Assembly: GCA_965240325.2 (NCBI GenBank)
Contig: OZ251222.1
Location: 3,720,001 to 3,784,000, forward strand
Reading direction: 5' to 3'
Length of the DNA: 64,000 nt
Source: Rebecca billardiae RCC1528
Lineage: Eukaryota; Protista; Haptophyta
Made by a program: the position numbers and the translations under genes. The notes under the pieces were generated by a model, which made no database searches, was not told the DNA's origin, and saw only the letters and a list, made by a program, of their open reading frames with translations. Positions 22,662-33,226 of the stretch are shown here, piece by piece. Within the stretch, counting starts at the first letter, position 1, and the number at the start of each line of letters is the position of its first letter.

Positions 22662-25600
22662 ATGATGAACGTTGATGCCCTCATCCGAAATGCCCGCGCG
22701 CGCCTCAACGAGCGCACTCCTCGCATCGAAATTCCAATCACGAGTCGCCTGGGCGCTACCGCAGCGGCTCGTCGCGCTACTAGTCGTACTAGTGGAAACA
22801 CGAACCCCATCGCCAGAGCGTTCCAGTCTCCGCCGGGCAGCCCACCCGCCGGCTCGACGCCAGCCACCGGCCTTCGCCCCATCAGCCGCTCGCTCAGCCA
22901 ATACACGCGGGAGCAGCTCGTGCGCATCCGCCAATTCCAAGACGCATTCGAGGGCTTCGGCATGAGCGCGCCGCAAGTCCTCGCCGGCATGCTTTATCAA
23001 GATCCGTGGAGCGAACAGCGGCGCAAGATCCCCTCCACTAGCAGACAGCTCGACGCCCTCGCCGAGCGCGTCGCCAGCAAGATCTCCGGCCCCGCGCCCC
23101 GCCGCCGCCGCCGCGCGCCCGCCCGCGCGCCCGACCGCGAGCGCGCCGCGAGCCTCCTCCAGCGCTTCAATCGCTCCCACCGCTGGACTGACACCCAGCG
23201 CACGCAACTGGAAGTCGACCGGAACCTCGCCATGCTCTCCACAAGCATGCAGGATCGGTATTTTGAGTTCATCGACCGCAAGCGCTTCATCATGCCGCTC
23301 AAATGGATTCTACGCGAGAATCTTGGGTTGCTCCTGGAGCAGCAGCTGAATTACACGCCGAGCCAGCATCACCTCGGGGCGATTCTCCAGACGATTAATG
23401 CGACTATTGACGCTCGCTTGCAGGAGATACCGTACAGCCGGCTTTCGATGCACATTCGACTCGAATCGATATTCGCGCACGCCAAGGTGACGATTAGCAA
23501 ATCCAACAAGAACGGAAAGTCCGTCGAGACGTCCGATTTCACCTGGGAGGCGGACCCCTTCGCGGTGACCATGCACGAGGTCGCTCAGCTCAAGACCCGC
23601 GAGGAGATTATGCTCCACGCGCGCGCCTTCAAAAACGAGAATGACAAGTATAATCCGACCGCCCTCAACAAGGGCTTCTACGAATTCGGTGTGGTCACCG
23701 CGGGCGCGAAGGAGCTCGACAATTCGACGACGCGCCTGGTCATCGACAAAGGCAATCCCGAGGATGTGCAGCAGGCCAAGACCAAAATCGCGGAGATGCT
23801 TGCGCTCGTCACCTCCACGAGCAATCCGCAGTACAGTGCGCGGCGATTTGTGGGCCTCCTCAGTTTTGATGTGGATACCTACCCGATCAATGCCGTCCGC
23901 CAGCAGGGCTCGTCCTACGTCAAGCTCCCGCAGAAGTTCGGTGGTGGGAGCAAGGGGCTGATCAACCCGGAGAACAAGACCGACAACAAGTGTTTTCTGT
24001 GGGCCTCGCTCATGCACTTTGCCAGCGCAGATGGAGCCAAGAAGCTGGAGCGCACCAGCACGCTCAAGCGCTACGAGTCGATGATCGTCTGGCCGGAGGA
24101 GGTCAAGTTCCCGTTCGACTGCACCGACATCCCGAGCCTCGAGGAGGCCAACCCCACCCTCACCTGGAACGTCTTCTCACTCGAGCAGATCAAGCGCACC
24201 GCAGAGGATCATCATGAGCACCCCGAAGATACCGACGAGTCCAAGTACCCCATCGTGCCGATTCACACGACCACGCCGGAGAAATACCGCGAGCGCACGC
24301 TCATCAACATCCTCGCGTACGAGAGCCACTACGTCTTCATCAAGGACCTCGACAAGCTCCTCAGCGAGCGTGCGCACAACTGCGCGCACTGCCCCATCTG
24401 CACGCGCCGCTTCAGGACCAAGGCAAACCGCGATCAGCACACAGCGCAGTGCAACGCCAATTGGCGTCACCTCTTCCAGCCGTGGACGCTCGACGAGATT
24501 AAGAGCCAGGCGAGGACACCTCAGGAGCTCAAACGCACCGAGACGGACATCACCTACTCGCAAGATACTTCCGTCGTGTGGAAGCCGGTGGTAGCGGTGG
24601 CTGACTTCGAGGCGGTCAACACCACGCAGGTCAACGGGCAGACGCACCAGAAGGCGCAATCGGTAAGCCTCAAGTTTGATTTTCAGGACGGCATGGAGGT
24701 TCCTAACATCGATTGCAGCTTTATGGGTCCGGATGCGGGCGTGCGGTTTTTGCATGCGCTGCTCGATGCTACCCCAAAGATCCGCGATGCATGCTCGCGC
24801 TATAAGGGCAACTTTTCAAAGGTCACCGCGGCCGACCGCGAGCACTTTGAGGCGAGCGAGACGTGCCACTTTTGCGGTGAGGCTGCCTTCTCCTCAAACG
24901 CGGAGATTGCTCGCGCCGAGGCGGAGTATGAGCTCAAAGCGAAACTCGCGGTGGATGCGGACGAAAAGGATTCGCTGAAGGGCGCGCTCGAGGAGGTTCG
25001 GGCCCAGCGCAAGGTCCTCGACCACTGTCACTGCACGGGCCTCTACCGCGGCGCGGCGCACTCGCGGTGCAACCTCAAGCACGGCACGCCGAGCCTCATC
25101 AGCAGCATTCCGGTCTACTTCCACAACATGTCCTATGATAGCCAGCTCATCATGCAGGCGCTCTCCGACGTGAGCGTTCAGGCGCGCATCAAGGAGCACA
25201 AAGTCCGAATGAACGCCATGGTGATCAACTCCGAGCGTTTCAAGACGCTCGAGATTGGGCCCTTCCGCATCCTCGACTCGATGACTTTTCTGGGCGGAAG
25301 CTTGGCGGAATCTCTGAAGAATCTGCCTTCAGAGGCCAAGCACTCGCTCCGCCAGGCGGCCAACGAGCACGCAGAGCGCTTCGGCAAGGACCCAAGTGCA
25401 GTGTTCGAGGCCTTCAAGCACAAGCAGGTCTTCCCGTACGAGTTCGACTGGCATCAACACCTCGACGAATTCATCAGCGCAGACCCTCAGCTCTTCAGCT
25501 CCAAGCTCTGTGAAGGCTACGGCAAGACCGACGAGGAGCTGGAGGAGCGCCTGGAGGCCGAGCAAGAGGAGCTTGAGAAGAGCCTGCCCGAGCGCATGAG

Positions 25601-27287
25601 CCGCCTGCAGGAGGCGACCGGCATCGTCACGTGGCGCGACCTCCACGATCTGTACCTCAGCATTGATGTCTGCGGGCTCCAAGATTGCATGCGCGCATTC
25701 CGCAAGACCTCGATGAACACGTACGGCCTCGACCCGGCCTATTGCATCTCCAACTCGCAGTTCGCGTGGAAGGCCATGCTCAAGCTTACGGGCGTGAGGC
25801 TCGAGAGCATCCCGACGAGCGGACTGTACGAGCACGCCGAGTCCGGGCTCCGCGGAGGCATGTCGATGGCGCGAAACCGCATCGCACACGCCAATCACCC
25901 AGATCTCCCCGAATTTGATCCCACCAAAGAATTTTCGGCCATTCACGATTTTGATGCCAACGCGCTTTATGCCTCGGTGATGTCGTGGAAGCTACCGACG
26001 GGCGGGTATAAGGACGTCGATCCGGAGCGCTTCGATGCCAACGATCCGCGCTACGGTGGGCTCCCGACGCGACCGAATCAGCCGTGTGAAGAATGGCAGG
26101 GCGACGTGGGGGCGCTCGTGACAGTGGACATCGACTACCCAGACCGGCTGCACGACCTTCACAGCGACTACCCGCTGCTCCCTGAGGTGATGGAAGTACC
26201 CGACGAGATGCTCTCCCCTGCGCAGCAGGGCAAGCGCGCCGTCAAGACCACCAAGCTGATTGCGCACCTTGGCTCCCGCAAAAATTACACGCTCAACGTC
26301 ACGATGCTCAAGTTTGCGCTGGCGCAGGGGCTCGTGCTCACCAAGGTGCACCGAGTCGTCGAGTTCGAGCAAAGTCCGTGGCTGCGCCCGTGGGTGGACC
26401 TCAACACGCGGCTGCGCAAGCAGGGCAAGAACGCCTTCGAGGAGGGGTATTTCAAGCTCATGGTGAACGCATGCTTCGGCAAGACCATGGAGCGAATCTA
26501 CCACCACACGCAGGCTCGATTCATTGATAACCGTGCTGCATTCACTCGGGCCATGACGAGTCACCGGGCGCTCACGTACAAGCCTATCGCACCCGAGTTT
26601 GCGCTCGTGACGATGAGCAAGCGCGAGTACGTGCGTGACAAGCCCATCTTCGTGGGTGCCTCGATCCTCGACTTTTCGAAATTGTGGATGTATACGTTTT
26701 TGTATAATGTGGTCTACCCCACCTTCGGTCCGAAGAATGCCCGCCTGCTCGGGACGGATACCGACTCGCTGATTATGAATTTCCGAGCGCCCTCGCACGA
26801 GGCCTATTTGGAGAAAATGCTCAGCATCCGCGATGAATGGCTGGACACGAGCAAATTTCCGGAGGGGCACCCGCTCTTCACGGACGACAACCGCAAGACG
26901 CCGGGGTTTTTCAAGGACGAGCTCGGCGATAATCTGGCGGTGGCAGTGGCCTTTGTGCGGGCGAAGACGTACTCAATCAAGACGCGCAAGAGCCTCGAGG
27001 GCGAGCTTGAGGACGTCCACCGAGCCAAGGGGGCTCCCTCCCGCTGCGTGCAAAATAGCCTCACGCACGACGACTACGAGACGACGATTTTAGATAATTC
27101 GAGCGTCAGCGCACAGTATCACGATTTGCAATACAAAAATCACAACATAGTTTTCAGTCGCCGCGTGAAGAAGGTGCTCGACTGGGTCGACGATAAGGGC
27201 TATCATCTCTCGGCCGAGCGCACCATCGCCCTCAATCACTGGCGCATCAAGGCCGGTGGTCACGCTCTCGCGGCGGTAATGGACTAG
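22662..27287 (+). CDS. polB: Protein-primed family B DNA polymerase with N-terminal extension and endonuclease VII-like insertion
   Basis: Exo VADFE, YFHNMSYD, YLSID; Pol DFDANALYASVM, KLMVNACFGK, TDTDS, KTY; DNKCFLWA...HY; CHFC...DHCHCTGLYRGAAHSRCN. Confidence 0.96.
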   Translation: MMNVDALIRNARARLNERTPRIEIPITSRLGATAAARRATSRTSGNTNPIARAFQSPPGSPPAGSTPATGLRPISRSLSQYTREQLVRIRQFQDAFEGFGMSAPQVLAGMLYQDPWSEQRRKIPSTSRQLDALAERVASKISGPAPRRRRRAPARAPDRERAASLLQRFNRSHRWTDTQRTQLEVDRNLAMLSTSMQDRYFEFIDRKRFIMPLKWILRENLGLLLEQQLNYTPSQHHLGAILQTINATIDARLQEIPYSRLSMHIRLESIFAHAKVTISKSNKNGKSVETSDFTWEADPFAVTMHEVAQLKTREEIMLHARAFKNENDKYNPTALNKGFYEFGVVTAGAKELDNSTTRLVIDKGNPEDVQQAKTKIAEMLALVTSTSNPQYSARRFVGLLSFDVDTYPINAVRQQGSSYVKLPQKFGGGSKGLINPENKTDNKCFLWASLMHFASADGAKKLERTSTLKRYESMIVWPEEVKFPFDCTDIPSLEEANPTLTWNVFSLEQIKRTAEDHHEHPEDTDESKYPIVPIHTTTPEKYRERTLINILAYESHYVFIKDLDKLLSERAHNCAHCPICTRRFRTKANRDQHTAQCNANWRHLFQPWTLDEIKSQARTPQELKRTETDITYSQDTSVVWKPVVAVADFEAVNTTQVNGQTHQKAQSVSLKFDFQDGMEVPNIDCSFMGPDAGVRFLHALLDATPKIRDACSRYKGNFSKVTAADREHFEASETCHFCGEAAFSSNAEIARAEAEYELKAKLAVDADEKDSLKGALEEVRAQRKVLDHCHCTGLYRGAAHSRCNLKHGTPSLISSIPVYFHNMSYDSQLIMQALSDVSVQARIKEHKVRMNAMVINSERFKTLEIGPFRILDSMTFLGGSLAESLKNLPSEAKHSLRQAANEHAERFGKDPSAVFEAFKHKQVFPYEFDWHQHLDEFISADPQLFSSKLCEGYGKTDEELEERLEAEQEELEKSLPERMSRLQEATGIVTWRDLHDLYLSIDVCGLQDCMRAFRKTSMNTYGLDPAYCISNSQFAWKAMLKLTGVRLESIPTSGLYEHAESGLRGGMSMARNRIAHANHPDLPEFDPTKEFSAIHDFDANALYASVMSWKLPTGGYKDVDPERFDANDPRYGGLPTRPNQPCEEWQGDVGALVTVDIDYPDRLHDLHSDYPLLPEVMEVPDEMLSPAQQGKRAVKTTKLIAHLGSRKNYTLNVTMLKFALAQGLVLTKVHRVVEFEQSPWLRPWVDLNTRLRKQGKNAFEEGYFKLMVNACFGKTMERIYHHTQARFIDNRAAFTRAMTSHRALTYKPIAPEFALVTMSKREYVRDKPIFVGASILDFSKLWMYTFLYNVVYPTFGPKNARLLGTDTDSLIMNFRAPSHEAYLEKMLSIRDEWLDTSKFPEGHPLFTDDNRKTPGFFKDELGDNLAVAVAFVRAKTYSIKTRKSLEGELEDVHRAKGAPSRCVQNSLTHDDYETTILDNSSVSAQYHDLQYKNHNIVFSRRVKKVLDWVDDKGYHLSAERTIALNHWRIKAGGHALAAVMD

Positions 27288-27352
27288 CGCGTTTTTCTTG
27301 GCTCAAATAATTTTCTCACTCACTAGTAGAAAACTGGAAAACTAGTAAAACT

Positions 27353-27856
27353 ATGGCCCCCTGCGATTTTGACGTTTCCGCTCGCCGCGATTGCCGTGAG
27401 ATGCGCACCGAGTTCGAGGCCCTCAAGGAGCGCGTGGTGGCTCTCGAGCGTGTCTTCGCCGCGCCGCCCGAGCCGAGCGCACGCCCCGGGTCGCTCACGG
27501 CGGCATCATTAAATGCGATCAAGACTCACTTTAGTGGTATCGAAGTGGTCGGCGCCAAGTTCTTCAATGAGCATTGTGTTGTGGGCAAGCTCAGCGAGCC
27601 CTTCGTGAAGGGTCACACTGTACCGCAATCGTTCAAGATTACCCGCAAAATTACCGCCGTCAGTGAGGCGTACTGTGAGCCGGGTCGAGCGCCGATCTCT
27701 CAGTCGGCTACGCCCTCAACCCTTCGGGACGTACTGTGGCCGCGACGTGACTCGTGGTCACGTCAGCGAGGCGGAGCTTCGCTAAGCGCGCCCGCCGCGC
27801 CTCCCGCTGATTCGTGTGATCAACCGATGTTCGCTGATTCTGATGGTGAGGACTGA
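27353..27856 (+). CDS. PLV hypothetical protein (167 aa)
   Basis: Fills the gap after polB, AT-rich leader, short coiled coil EFEALKERVVALE. Confidence 0.6.
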   Translation: MAPCDFDVSARRDCREMRTEFEALKERVVALERVFAAPPEPSARPGSLTAASLNAIKTHFSGIEVVGAKFFNEHCVVGKLSEPFVKGHTVPQSFKITRKITAVSEAYCEPGRAPISQSATPSTLRDVLWPRRDSWSRQRGGASLSAPAAPPADSCDQPMFADSDGED

Positions 27857-27953
27857 GCGCAACGCCATCACACAATTTGGAAGGATCAAAAACACTCGAA
27901 GGCGCTCGCTCGGAGCGCTTCCGAGTCTTAGGGGGCATGATACTATTTCGATA

Positions 27954-28604
27954 CTATTTTGAGGGGTTCTTTTTTCGAGCGGACGGTCGCGCGGACGGCC
28001 GCAGTAGCCGGATACCCTCGCTGCGGATACCGGTGATAGGGCCCGTGAATCGCGCGGTGATGACCTGCGCACGGCGATTGGCGTTCGCCCGCGTGGTCAC
28101 GTTCGCGCCGGCGGGGATGACGTTGTGCTGCTCGACGTCTGGCTCGCGCCCGCCTTGGCGCACGATTTTCCCTGCCTTATCAAACACGTAATACTTGCCG
28201 TCGACGGGCCGGCGCGCGCGCGCCAGTAGCCGAGCGACGTTCTCCTCGAGCATTGCCGGGTTGCTGATTTGCCTCCACTCTTTATCGAGCGGCGGCTTGA
28301 CGAAGCCAAAGCCGGGGTTTGTGAGCGCGAGCAGGCGCTTCTCGGCGGGGAAGACCAAATTCGAAGACACAACCAAAAACCCGACTAGCCTGAACGAATT
28401 ACCGGGTTTGACGTAGGGCATCATATGACGATAGCCTTTGAAGGTTCGACTCACAATATTGGCGGTGAGGCCCATTTTGAACAAACGGTTAGAAGTGTCC
28501 CACCCGGGGGCGATCACATATAGGCCCGCCGCCGGCTTCCCTTCCGGGGTGCGCTTCAGCAAATTCGCGTTTTGCATGGCCTTTTCAAACTGCGATGATT
28601 TCAT
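27954..28604 (-). CDS. GIY-YIG superfamily (T5orf172/MUG113-like) nuclease with basic C-terminal tail
   Basis: GLYVI...LFKMGLTANIVSR...AEKRLL...EW fits the Y-[VI]...K-x-G-x-[TS]...R...E pattern. Confidence 0.7.
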   Translation of the reverse strand: MKSSQFEKAMQNANLLKRTPEGKPAAGLYVIAPGWDTSNRLFKMGLTANIVSRTFKGYRHMMPYVKPGNSFRLVGFLVVSSNLVFPAEKRLLALTNPGFGFVKPPLDKEWRQISNPAMLEENVARLLARARRPVDGKYYVFDKAGKIVRQGGREPDVEQHNVIPAGANVTTRANANRRAQVITARFTGPITGIRSEGIRLLRPSARPSARKKNPSK

Positions 28605-28749
28605 GGCTTAGCTAATTGTTACTCCGATTTTACTCGCATTAGCCGCCAAAGTGGAGTGTCGGTCGGCCACCCGGCAAAGTCATCATGTGCCGGCGACGAA
28701 TCGCTTACCGATTCATATCTCATGCCCTTATTAAAGAGGCCCTTGATTA

Positions 28750-30918
28750 ATGTCGTCGATTTTTGGCGACTCGCCAAGCATCTCTGCTGCTATCGATGGC
28801 TCCGTCCAGGCGCTCGGGAGCGGACCGGCAGTCTCTTGGACGGGCAACATCGAGACCTTCCCGCTGAATCCGTCTGGATTATACGCCACTTTTTCTCCAG
28901 GGCTGCCCACGAGCGGCGTACTGCGGGTGCGCATCTCGCATCCAACCCATTATTTTGACGTGACATCGCTCGCGCTCACCAGCGCAGATATGACCATCGC
29001 GTGGACAGCGGCAAGCTGGGAAAGTAACAGCGTGGTATATGACGAAGAATTCAAGCCGCATTTCCAGATTTGGTCCGACGAGACGTATCTGACCTCATTT
29101 GATTACACCGGCAGTTTGTACACGGAATCGATCAGTTTTGAAGGCACACTGATTCAGGCGGCGGCGCGCAACACCCCAGTCCTCCACATGCCTCTGGCGG
29201 GCGACTTGATTGATACCGTCCGCGGGCAGGCTATGGTGCCCTCTGGTACCACTTCGTTTACAGACAAATCCATCGTGATGAACTCGGCGAGCGGTGCGTT
29301 CACCATCACCAACCCTGGTCATGACTGGCGCGACTTTACGCTATGCGCGTTCATGCGCGGCCCCTCCGGCGCCGGCGTGATGGATCTGCGCGTGGGGCAG
29401 ACTGACACCAGTGTTATCGTCTCGCTATCACCCACCGCGAATGTCGAGATCACCACGCTCAAAGATAGCTCTTCACTGATAACAAACGTAGATGAAGATA
29501 CACGCCAAACGTGGTTCCACGTGGCAGTGCAGCAGAACGCCACCCACGTGGATGTCTACATCGATCAAGTGCTTGCGCACAGCCGCGATCTCGACCCAGC
29601 GCTCGACCCCGACCCCGATCGGGTCTCTTTGCGCTATCCCGTAGTATTTAATGCCGATCTGGCAAGCGAATTGGCCCATGTGACAATCTACCCATACGCA
29701 CTCGATACCACCGATCGACTGGCGCACGCCGAAAGCTGGTCTGGGTACGTCCCACCGCCGGCGCTCGTGCTGCACCTGCCTCTGAGCGCCGACCACACCG
29801 CGGTTGTGGGCACAACTCCAGCCGTATTGCCGCCGGGATCCGGATCCTTTGCAGGCGGGTATTTGACCATGGATACCGTTTATTCGTTCGAGACACCGTC
29901 CGACACGTTCTCCGCCACGAATGGTTTCACGATGTGCGCTTGGATGCGCTCTGCGGCAGGGTGGCAGCCGGGCGATTACGTTCGCTTCCGCGTGTTTGAG
30001 GGTAATTTCACGACCAATTCCAAGGCAGAGCTGGACCTCGAATCCGGTCATGTGTGGAGTCGTCACGAGCAAGTCACAGGACTCTCCGCAGGCCAATGGT
30101 ATCACTTGGCGTGGCGCTGGCGGCCGAACGATAATCTGCAAGAACTGCTCGTGGACGGCGTCGTCTCTGCCAGCAGCATCCAGCCCGGCCAATTCACGAC
30201 GTATCAATCGTGGCGCGTCCAAAACAATGCGGCAGACGCTGCGTTGATGCACTTGCAAGTGTGGGACGGCTACGTCGACGACATTGCGCAGGTCATGATT
30301 GACTACCCACTACCAGAGGCAATAAGTCCATTTGCCAGCTGGCCGATGACGGCGAATTTGACCGACGATGTGGGTAGCTATGCCTTTACGGTGTCGACTG
30401 GGACCGCAACGCACACGAATGGCTATGCGGACCTCAGTAGCGGTCTGGTGATGACTGCACCGGTACCGACTCAGACGATGACGGCTTTCGGGTTCTCTGG
30501 ATGGGTCTACGTGGATGACATCCAGGGCTCATTAAAATTCGAATGGCGTAATACAGGCTCGAAGGTCGTGCATTTCTACATCTATCGCAACGGCGTGGGT
30601 AATACCGCATTCGGCTTCGATATTACAGGGCAGTCTGGCAACTTGTATGATCGTGTGGATGTGCTGCCGCTGAATACCTGGTACCACATTGCCTGGTCTT
30701 ATACAGTCGGAGGCAACCTGGAGGCCTGGCTGAACAAGGTGTCCCTCGGCGCGGAGGCCATGAGCGCCACCGCAGTGGGCGATATCAACGAAATTTATGT
30801 CAGCACGCCTCCAAGCGGCGGTCCTTTCAAGTGCGCGGCCGTTCGCTTTTATACCGACGGTGCGCTCACCCAGGCCGAAGTAGATAGCGACTATGACCTC
30901 TTCACGCCACCGCCATAG
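28750..30918 (+). CDS. Protein with three LamG/concanavalin A-like domains; putative fibre or receptor-binding protein
   Basis: Three repeats of (H/W)(M/L)PL..D...FT.(C/S).W...W(Y/F)H(V/L/I)A...(Y/W).(D/N). Confidence 0.75.
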   Translation: MSSIFGDSPSISAAIDGSVQALGSGPAVSWTGNIETFPLNPSGLYATFSPGLPTSGVLRVRISHPTHYFDVTSLALTSADMTIAWTAASWESNSVVYDEEFKPHFQIWSDETYLTSFDYTGSLYTESISFEGTLIQAAARNTPVLHMPLAGDLIDTVRGQAMVPSGTTSFTDKSIVMNSASGAFTITNPGHDWRDFTLCAFMRGPSGAGVMDLRVGQTDTSVIVSLSPTANVEITTLKDSSSLITNVDEDTRQTWFHVAVQQNATHVDVYIDQVLAHSRDLDPALDPDPDRVSLRYPVVFNADLASELAHVTIYPYALDTTDRLAHAESWSGYVPPPALVLHLPLSADHTAVVGTTPAVLPPGSGSFAGGYLTMDTVYSFETPSDTFSATNGFTMCAWMRSAAGWQPGDYVRFRVFEGNFTTNSKAELDLESGHVWSRHEQVTGLSAGQWYHLAWRWRPNDNLQELLVDGVVSASSIQPGQFTTYQSWRVQNNAADAALMHLQVWDGYVDDIAQVMIDYPLPEAISPFASWPMTANLTDDVGSYAFTVSTGTATHTNGYADLSSGLVMTAPVPTQTMTAFGFSGWVYVDDIQGSLKFEWRNTGSKVVHFYIYRNGVGNTAFGFDITGQSGNLYDRVDVLPLNTWYHIAWSYTVGGNLEAWLNKVSLGAEAMSATAVGDINEIYVSTPPSGGPFKCAAVRFYTDGALTQAEVDSDYDLFTPPP

Positions 30919-30952
30919 ACAGCCAAAAATCCGTGGTACCGGTACCATAACA

Positions 30953-31621
30953 ATGCGAGCCGTACCTACGGTATCAACCGCCGAAGGCGAAGCGCGCGTC
31001 GCGACCGGCGCCAAAGCGGCGTGGGATGCCGGCCACACCCTGGAGAACGACCACCGTAATCTGTTGCGCGCATCGTACGACGATTTGCCTCGTGCGCAGC
31101 ACCGCTTGCACTCGCTCGGGTACGATATGGATGCCGATTTGAGCACGGACGAGGCCAAAGTCGCCGTCCACCGGGCGTCTGGCAGGCCACTGGTGCTGCA
31201 TCGCGGATCGACCACCTCCGCTGATTGGCTGGTGAGCGATGCGCTCATCGCCGCCGGCCGAGCTGATGCGCACGACCCCCGCCACGCGCGCGCGCGCAAG
31301 ATCACCGAAATTACCCGGCGCAAATATGGACAACCGGTGTCGGCCATCGGGCACTCGCTCGGCGGCAGGCTGGCGGCACAATCCGGTGCAAAAGGACGCA
31401 TTCTCGGCGTCGACCCAGCGGTCGGCATCGGGGATGCATTTAAGAGGCGTGGCGACAATCACACGGTGATCAGATCGCCTGATGATGTGGTCAGCGCGCT
31501 CGGCGTGACGCAGCGCGGTGGGCAGGTCAAACACAAGCGCGGCTATGCTAAAAAAGGCAGCGCCGCGGACTTTTTATTGGGAGGGCTACCGATCAACCCG
31601 ATCGAGGCCCACCGTTTTTAA
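30953..31621 (+). CDS. Lipase (class 3-like alpha/beta hydrolase)
   Basis: HRGS...DW, GHSLGG nucleophile elbow, D-VVS, C-terminal His; common in PLVs and virophages. Confidence 0.85.
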   Translation: MRAVPTVSTAEGEARVATGAKAAWDAGHTLENDHRNLLRASYDDLPRAQHRLHSLGYDMDADLSTDEAKVAVHRASGRPLVLHRGSTTSADWLVSDALIAAGRADAHDPRHARARKITEITRRKYGQPVSAIGHSLGGRLAAQSGAKGRILGVDPAVGIGDAFKRRGDNHTVIRSPDDVVSALGVTQRGGQVKHKRGYAKKGSAADFLLGGLPINPIEAHRF

Positions 31622-31906
31622 TCAGTACCCGACGGTGCGCGCAGCGCGGTCCGCAACGTCCACCGCCTCGGTGGCTCGCTCGATCGCGCGGCGCCCCGCC
31701 GCCGTGAACGGCGCAGCTACGTCGCCCAGGCCGGGAGTCTTATCAATTTCTGAAGTCACCTGTTTTAGGTCTTTTCCGATTTTGTGAACGCACGGTTTGG
31801 CGTCGTGGATGGCGCGTGCGAGCGGCCGGCCGATGCGCTGCGCATGACTCGCGAGGCGCCCTAGGCGGCGCTTTCCTTGATTGATGAGGCGCCCGAGGAA
31901 GCTCAT
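31622..31906 (-). CDS. Small basic protein with N-terminal amphipathic helix (putative virion core or membrane-penetration protein)
   Basis: MSFLGRLINQGKRRLGRLA; lies directly after MCP and has its own AAAAATCCG leader. Confidence 0.6.
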   Translation of the reverse strand: MSFLGRLINQGKRRLGRLASHAQRIGRPLARAIHDAKPCVHKIGKDLKQVTSEIDKTPGLGDVAAPFTAAGRRAIERATEAVDVADRAARTVGY

Positions 31907-31929
31907 ACTAGTATTCGTAGATCGGATTT

Positions 31930-33183
31930 TTACTCGGAGAACGACACGATGCCGTCAGACACCTCCAGCAGCATGTCCGCCTGGCAGAAGAAATCAACGA
32001 TAATAGAGACGCCAGCTTTCGTGTCACACACGAATTGCACGGCCTCATCGCGGAGCACGCGACCGTCACTCAGTATATCACTCAGACCGAACGCCGACAG
32101 TGAGAGCCCCATCACAAAGCCCTCCTCATCATATACTGCAGACGAGAGCGTGCTGGGCGCGTCAGCCATGTCGACGCTCTGAAGGGCCTTCATCAGCTCC
32201 ATACGCCCCTCGGCGGCACCGTTCGCAAGTGAGATGCGCTCCTGCGGTACGTTGTGCGCCCCGATCTTCAGGTAAAAATAGCTGGCGTCGGCACGCGTGC
32301 GCAAGTTGCCGTGCACCGCCGCCGACTCGACGCTCGAATCCGCGCGAATAATCGCGAAGATAGCGTTTGCCGAAGCCATCTTCCAGGGTAGCGTGAAATT
32401 GATTGAGCCGCTTTGGACTGTGGTCTGGGCATGATGCCAATTCGACGTGGGGATAATGATGCGCGGAATCGAGCGGACGAGCGCCTGCTCAACCGAGTCG
32501 GCGAGCTGCACGAGCGACATTTGATACTTGACATTATCGAGCTTGAAGCTGCCGGTTGACAGCCCATTACCAGTCACGCCCCATTTGGGCAGCGGTGCGA
32601 CCTTGACCTCGACGCGCAGGCCATCGCGGATCACGCCCAGTGGGATGGACTTCTGCGCGAGCGAGCCGAGGCAATATGGGAGCGGAAGGCAGACCGTCTT
32701 GCGCTCGCCGGCTTCGATTCGCGCACCATCGCGGCTGTAGTAGGCATCGACCGCATCCAAGATGACATTGCCACTAATAGGGAGATAATCCGACGAGCCC
32801 ATGATCGTGTTGGTTGTCATGCGGCTGCTAGTGGAGGCCTGCGTATCCATGAGCATCTGGCACAGCTCGCCGAACTGATCATTCGAGGCCACGTGGGTTG
32901 ATCCGAAATACGTGTCGATCGACTGAATGCACGAGTGCGCCGTACCAGTGAGCGTCAGGGAAGTGGTGCTGTTGTTGAAAACGTCAAACTGCAAGTACGA
33001 CTCTGACGTGTTCCAATGAGTGCCCGGCGAGCCCGTCGGGAGCTGGAAGATCATCTTCGTGCCTGGGCCGAATTCGTTGCTGGGGCCTGGGACGACAGAC
33101 GAGCGAATCGACTGAGCGGGCACTGCGAGATCCTTGGGCTTGGCATAGTTATAGCTGGCCGGGACAGTCGGCGTCGAATCCAT
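31930..33183 (-). CDS. Major capsid protein (double jelly-roll, PLV type)
   Basis: 417 aa, beta-rich. N-terminal P..FGPG..MIFQLP....SYLQFDV and C-terminal FVMGLSL...DMLLEV patterns are typical of PLV MCPs. Adjacent to mCP and ATPase. Confidence 0.85.
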   Translation of the reverse strand: MDSTPTVPASYNYAKPKDLAVPAQSIRSSVVPGPSNEFGPGTKMIFQLPTGSPGTHWNTSESYLQFDVFNNSTTSLTLTGTAHSCIQSIDTYFGSTHVASNDQFGELCQMLMDTQASTSSRMTTNTIMGSSDYLPISGNVILDAVDAYYSRDGARIEAGERKTVCLPLPYCLGSLAQKSIPLGVIRDGLRVEVKVAPLPKWGVTGNGLSTGSFKLDNVKYQMSLVQLADSVEQALVRSIPRIIIPTSNWHHAQTTVQSGSINFTLPWKMASANAIFAIIRADSSVESAAVHGNLRTRADASYFYLKIGAHNVPQERISLANGAAEGRMELMKALQSVDMADAPSTLSSAVYDEEGFVMGLSLSAFGLSDILSDGRVLRDEAVQFVCDTKAGVSIIVDFFCQADMLLEVSDGIVSFSE

Positions 33184-33226
33184 TTATTAAGGTGTGAGAG
33201 GATGCGACATTTTATTTTGCCACGTC

